From an uncultured delta proteobacterium (lineage in GTDB: Bacteria > Myxococcota > Myxococcia > Myxococcales > Myxococcaceae), in assembly GCA_963771175.1 (NCBI GenBank), contig CAVYSY010000026.1:448001-512000 (forward strand): DNA of 64,000 nucleotides, read 5' to 3'. The notes beneath the pieces are model-generated. The model had not been told where the DNA came from, did not search any database, and worked only from the letters and a program-made list of their open reading frames with translations. A program made the position numbers and the translations under genes. Positions 59,000-64,000 of the stretch are shown here, one piece after another; the first letter of the stretch is position 1; the number at the start of each line of letters is the position of its first letter.

Positions 59000-59440
59000 G
59001 GTGGAGTGCGAAGCATTCGACGTAGCCCGTGCGGTCAGCGCCGAGGAGCACGTGCGACTCGCCGAGCCGTCTTGTGCCTCAGGGACAACCCCGGTTCGCA
59101 GGGAAGCGCTGATCAACACCTATGGAGGTCGCTGCGCTATCTCAAACTGCGTGTGACCCAGACGCTGGAGGACACCATCCTGCCCTACCGCGGGCAGCAT
59201 ACCAACCATGTACAGGACATGGATTGCTGCTCCCGGGACCTACACACCGTTCGATCTGGGCCTGACATCGGCATTGATACCGAAACATGGACCGTGCTCA
59301 TCCACCCGCGCATGGGCTCCACGCATCGTCTACAGCCACCTGGGGCAGAGAAGGTGAGACTGCCGTCGGATTGCGCGTCATGCGCCGAGCAGAGGAGGCG
59401 CTCCGGGAGCACCGCTCGGGAGGCGGGATTCCCTATTTGA
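59000..59440 (+). pseudogene. HNH endonuclease (HNH_2-like) C-terminal remnant with many indels
   Basis: Stitched frames give QGQPRF.EALINTYGGRCAISNC..VTQTLE..ILPYRGQHTNHVQ.GLLL..DLHT.FDLGL.GIDTETWTVLIHP. Confidence 0.78.
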
Positions 59441-59521
59441 GATCTCCGGCTGGCCCGAGGCCAATCCTTGTCGCAATGATTGACTCAGAGGCTGTTGAAC
59501 TGGAGCGGGCGCCCGGTCGGG

Positions 59522-60466
59522 CTACGGGAACGTCACACCGTCGAAGAACTCGCCCCTGCCGCCCCCCTCCTGGCTCCACAGCTTCAGGGTGAAGGTGCCG
59601 CGCGCCTCCTCCTCCGTCGCCTCCACCTCCAGCACGACACGGCTCGTCTTCCCCGAGGCAATGGGCTCCAGCGGCCACACGCCGAGCGCCTTCAACTCCA
59701 CGCGCCCTGGGGCCCACCAGCACCGCACCGGCGGGCGTCCAGGGCGTGCTCCCGCCGTTCCACAACTCCTGCTCCACGGCCAGCCGCACCACCTTGTGTC
59801 CGCCCTCCCCGCGCCCGGTGTCCGAGCGGTAGCTGCGCGCCTTGGTGCTGGTGAGCGTGTTGCCGGGGCGCGAGGTGACGTTCTGGACGATGTCCTTGAC
59901 GTCAACGCCGCCCTTCCCCATGAGTTCCTGGGCGAGGAGGCCCAGGAGCCCCACCTTCCCGTTGGACTCCGCCTCCAGGCGCGCCTTCTCCCGCCGGCAC
60001 TGCTGGACTTCCTCCAGCGCCCGCTGCTCGCCCTCCTGGCAGGAGGCCAGCGTGCGCGGCTGGCGCGTCACCTCCACCTGCCGCGCGGCCTCGGAGGGAT
60101 GCACCACCAGCAGCGAAGGTGACACTCGCCGGGGCCGCGCCGTCCTGGAAGTACACCGTCACCGGCACGCGCTCCCCGTCCGGCAGGGCCCAGGTGGGGG
60201 CGAGCGTGAAGCCCGCCTCGTCCTCTATCACCCGGAATCGCTCCCGCCCGGCCAGCTCCACGCGCGCCAGCTTCGCGTTGAAGAAGAAGCTGGTGGAGCG
60301 CCCCGGGCGGATGCACACCTCATGCGCCCCGCGAGCCGTGTCCACCGTCAGCTCGAGCTGACGCGTGTCCGACCTCACACGTGGGCAATGGGGCTTCCAC
60401 ACCGGGACCAGCGGGGGCGGCGAGCAGCACGAGTCGTAGGAGCGCGGCGGAGGACAGGGCGAACAC
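59522..60466 (-). CDS. DUF2381 (TIGR02268-like) myxobacterial paralog-family secreted protein, frameshifted
   Basis: GTG start after GGAGG, signal-like N-terminus, EVCIRPG, VYFQDGAAP, HPSEAARQVEV, ends GVTFP. Confidence 0.8.
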
Positions 60467-60582
60467 GGGGCGGGGACCTCCCGAGGGGAACGAGACCGGA
60501 GGAGTGGGGCTCTACCACACCTCCCTCGCGGTCGTGTCGGGGTTGCGCCCGGTACCCGCCACCCGCCTGGTTCCGAGGCGCC

Positions 60583-62302
60583 CTATTGGAAACGGTCCAC
60601 CACCCGCACCTCCGCGACAGGAGACACCAGCACCTTGCCCGGCTCGCTGCCGGGCTCCAGCGGCAGCCCGACGGCTCGTCATCTATGTCCAGCAGCTCCA
60701 GGCACACCGTGTACGTCTCCCCGGTGGGCGTGCGCGCCTCGGTGAAGCGGCCGTACACCCGCCCCTCTCCGAAGTAGAGCCGGCCGTGGAGCCGGGTCTG
60801 GCTCGGCAGTGCCACCTGTCACCCCCGCCCCGAGTCAGATCGGCCCCCGCCTCCCAGTCGCCCGGCACGCGCAGCGGGGTGTCCTCGCGCACGGGCACGG
60901 GCCTGCCCCGCACGTCGCCCCAGTCGACGCTCCTCGATTTCCCCGATGCGCAGGCCGAGCGTGCGGGTCATGGTCTCCACGGCCCCGGCGGGGCACTCCT
61001 GGGGAAGCGGAGCCGGGCGCACGGGCGGCACCTGCTGCTGCGCACCCAGGCAGGCCTGCAAGGCGGCGCCGGTGAGGCCGAGACACACGTTGCGCACGGC
61101 GGCTCCTCGGCCCTTGGGCCGCGCTTCCGTCTGGGGGCCGGACGTCTGTCTGCTGCTTCACGGGGGCATTGTCCTTTCGAGGCACCGCGGATGAGGCGGC
61201 GACCGCGGGGGAAGGCACCTGGGCAGGCGCGGCCACGGCCCGTGCAGGTTCCGGCGCGAGCCCCGGAGGCGCCACTTCCTGGCCAGAGCCGAGCCACCAG
61301 CCCCCCAGTGCCACGGCCAACCCCACGCCCACCCCCGCCAACACCCGGGCCCCCCGCGCTCCGCCGCTTGCCGGCCGCTCGACGTCTCCCCGTGCAGCGG
61401 CACCGTCCAGGCCGCGTCTGCCCCGGCCTTCAGCGTCTCCAGGGCCTCGTACAGCGCCACGGCGCTCGGGTAGCGCGCCTCGGGCCGCTTCTCCAGCAGC
61501 CGCAGGCACACCGCCTCCACCTCCCGGGGCACGCGCGGGTTGACGAGGTGCGGCGGCAGCGGCGCCCGGTGCAGCACCGCCTCCACGTCCACGCCCCCCT
61601 CGTCGGTGAGCCGGAAGGGGAAGCGGCCCGTCAGCAGCCGGTAGAACACCACCCCCAGCGCGTACAGGTCATCCCCCGGCCCGGCCCGGTAGTGCGCGCC
61701 CGGCTCGCCCGCGTGCGCACGGCCGAAGGCCCACGCCTCGGGGGCGCGGTAGAGGGGCGCCCCCGGAGGAAACATCCCCTTCGTCAGCGTGGCGTCTCCC
61801 TCGTGGTAGCCCGCCCCGAAGTCCACCAGCACCGCCTGCCCGTCCCCCTCGCGCACCAGGATGTTGTCCTCCTTCACGTCCCGGTGCACCACCCTCGCGT
61901 CGTGCGCCACCGCCAGCCCGCGCGACACCTCCAGCACCCGGTCCACCACCTCGCCCAGGGTGCGTCCGGGCTGGAGCCCCCACTCCTCCAGCGTGAGGCC
62001 CTCCACCAGCTCCAGCTTCATCCACACGAAGCGGGGCTGGGACTCGGGCCATATGGCCCGTGCCCAACTGGCGCACCAGGTTGGGGTGGTGCAGGCACAT
62101 GCCCAGCGACACCTCGCGCCAGGCCCGCTCGGTCCACACGCTCCCCTCCTCCAGCGGCAGCAGCTTGAGGGCGGCCCGGTGCCCGTCGGGGCCTCGCACC
62201 CGGTACACGGTGCCGAAGCAGCCCGTGCCCAGCACGGCCTCCACCACGTCCCCGCCAATGCGGGTGCCGGGCGGCAGCGGGGGCATGCTCGAGCGGACTC
62301 AT
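60583..62302 (-). CDS. Myxobacterial membrane Ser/Thr protein kinase, multiply frameshifted
   Basis: LGTGCFGTVY, AALK, HPNL, HRDVKEDN, DFG, YRAPE, DLYALGV; C-terminal CPAGAVETM...RVYGRFT...TVCLEL domain. Confidence 0.85.
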
Positions 62303-62499
62303 GGCGCCCTCGTCGCCAAGGGGGACGGGGTGCTCGGGACTGGGGAAGGCGAACGTGCGCACACGCGGGGACTACCTCCGAGGACTCAACCTAGCAGGTC
62401 AAGCGCCCCGGCCGGGGCCGCACGTGCGCCAGCCTCCCCTTCGCTCGCCGTCGACGACGCGCGCTGTGCGACAGCCCATCGAACCGGAGCCGTACCGCA

Positions 62500-63192
62500 T
62501 CAGGCGAAGCGCGTCTTGGTGGTGGTCGGCGGCTCGCGTCCCAGCGGATTCCACACGTACTCCTCGCTGGGCGTCAGCCTCATGTTGGTGAAGCCGTGTC
62601 GCGCCACGAAGCGCTCGAAGCGCTCGGAGACGGTCCAGATGCCAAACAGCCCCCGGGGATTGAAGACGTCCTCTCCCCGCCAGGTCCCCTCCTCCAGGGA
62701 GAAGCCATGGATGGCATTGATGCCCTCGGAACGGCACTCCTCGCATGTCGGAGGGTCTCCGTAGGTGATGAGGCTGCGTGACACGTCCACCGCGGCGCGG
62801 CCGAAGCAGACCGTGGCGACGAGGTACCGGGGGATTTGGGAAGGAACGGGACCTCGCCGCTTCCTGCGTACCCGCGTCACCTCCACCGGGTGGAAGCCCT
62901 CCAGTCCCGTCAGGCCTTCGTCGCGGAAGGCCTGGGCCAAGCGTTCGGACATCAGGAGGTCATCTCCACCGGCCTTGATGAAGTCCCCGAGCTCCTCGCC
63001 GTACAGCACCAACTCGGCACGGTAGGTCGGAAGCCAGGGTTTCATCCCGATGAAACGGCCACACCGCGGGCAGCGGGCCGCGTCTCCGAGATTGACAGGC
63101 TCGACCGTGTCGACCTCGGCATCGTAACGAGAACAGGGAGCGCCCGACTCCAGCACGAAGAAGCGAGGGGAGGCCGCGGCATCAGAAGCCAT
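62500..63192 (-). CDS. Double-CxxC putative toxin immunity protein
   Basis: Intact 230 aa; CPRCG and CEEC, SERL..F, TWRGEDVF, VSERF motifs; start overlaps the stop of a toxin-like remnant. Confidence 0.7.
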   Translation of the reverse strand: MASDAAASPRFFVLESGAPCSRYDAEVDTVEPVNLGDAARCPRCGRFIGMKPWLPTYRAELVLYGEELGDFIKAGGDDLLMSERLAQAFRDEGLTGLEGFHPVEVTRVRRKRRGPVPSQIPRYLVATVCFGRAAVDVSRSLITYGDPPTCEECRSEGINAIHGFSLEEGTWRGEDVFNPRGLFGIWTVSERFERFVARHGFTNMRLTPSEEYVWNPLGREPPTTTKTRFA

Positions 63193-63391
63193 GGGGAAAC
63201 CTCCTGAGCATGTCGGGCCGACTGTATATCTCTCGAAGGAAGGCCTCGAACTGCTTCGGTGTCACGTTGCGGTAGGTGTTGAGCTAGACGATGACCTCGG
63301 CATCCACTTTCCGATGCCAGTCCTGGTAGCCACAATGGGCCTGCTCGTCCACGGCCCGGGTGACGAAGCGGGGGTCTCGCCGGCTCAGCAT
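63182..63391 (-). pseudogene. C-terminal remnant of a putative polymorphic toxin with in-frame stop
   Basis: RDPRFVTRAVDEQAHCGYQDWHRKVDAEVIV*LNTYRNVTPKQFEAFLREIYSRPDMLRRFPHGF*; TAG at 63284-63286; not called in the ORF track. Confidence 0.7.
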
Positions 63392-63479
63392 TCCCTCGAA
63401 CGGCAGCGCGGCGAGCCAGGCTCCGAGGAGCCCGACCCGCCGCGCTCGAGGCGACCCGCGCACGGGCCGCGTTACTCCG

Positions 63480-63812
63480 TCACGCCCTCAGCGGCTTCAC
63501 GTCTCGCGGGCACTCCCAGTAGGTGTACTCGCACGTGGCGCTCGCGGGGTCGCACGGCACCCGCATCACGGTGATGAGCTCGCACGGGTGCTTCGGCTCA
63601 TCGACGACAGGGCTCGCGGGCACCGCGGGCGCCTCGGCTGGCGAGAGCGTCTCGGTCCCCTGTCCATTGAAGGGGCGACCCGCCTGTCGCGAGACGCCCC
63701 CTTGCTGCTCCTCCTTGCTCTGACGCGTCGGGCTCGCCAGCGGCAAGCACACCACCGGCAGCACCGACGCCGCCCCCAACACCGCCCCCAAGACGCACCG
63801 CTTCGTTCCCAT
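63480..63812 (-). CDS. Small secreted/membrane-anchored protein with 4-Cys C-terminal domain
   Basis: Hydrophobic N-terminus, low-complexity linker, CELITVMRVPCDPASATCEYTYWEC. Confidence 0.5.
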   Translation of the reverse strand: MGTKRCVLGAVLGAASVLPVVCLPLASPTRQSKEEQQGGVSRQAGRPFNGQGTETLSPAEAPAVPASPVVDEPKHPCELITVMRVPCDPASATCEYTYWECPRDVKPLRA

Positions 63813-64000
63813 GGAACCCCCTTGCCGGCTGACACCCTCCTTCACGCCGATGGCGCGTCGGTTCCGGTTCAGCGGCAAGGACGCAAACTACTCGCCGGGT
63901 CTGACATCCCCCGGCGCATCCGCCGAGGTGGAGCCGCCTCGCGTCCTCTATCGAAAACGGCCAAAACCCCTCGTGTTTCCAACCACTTACAGAGGCGTTC

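Noticed and set aside
58685..59440. 251-aa ORF as a genuine MTase-HNH fusion protein
   Set aside because: It drifts in and out of the homologous frame; it is a mosaic of fragments, not a coherent protein

Overview
High-GC myxobacterial chromosome segment (Archangium/Cystobacter/Myxococcus-like, judged from gene content and order). Bases 1 to ~57,100 are mostly core genome: lolA, trmH, obgE, rpmA, rplU, gatCAB, ftsK, an rlmL-like methyltransferase, plsY, the oar-mlpA / tonB-exbB-exbD-exbD locus, comM, ndh, plsC, a recA1-type recA, cinA, pssA, HU, ltaE, nth, def and priA. Many essential genes carry single-base frameshifts, and 37.9-43.3 kb is extremely indel-rich, which most likely reflects long-read consensus error. 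After priA comes an accessory conflict/defence region. It holds a PaeR7I/XhoI-family restriction endonuclease and a truncated N6-adenine methyltransferase that runs into an HNH-endonuclease remnant not called in the ORF track. It also holds a DUF2381 + Ser/Thr kinase cassette and an intact double-CxxC putative immunity gene coupled to a 66-codon, stop-interrupted toxin C-terminal remnant. A palindromic intergenic repeat (core AACCTGTCCGACWGTCGGACAGGTT) occurs as tandem pairs with an identical 94-bp period at two loci 36 kb apart, and one copy has compensatory stem changes. No rRNA, tRNA, CRISPR array or transposase was recognised. All family assignments are from recalled motifs, not database searches.
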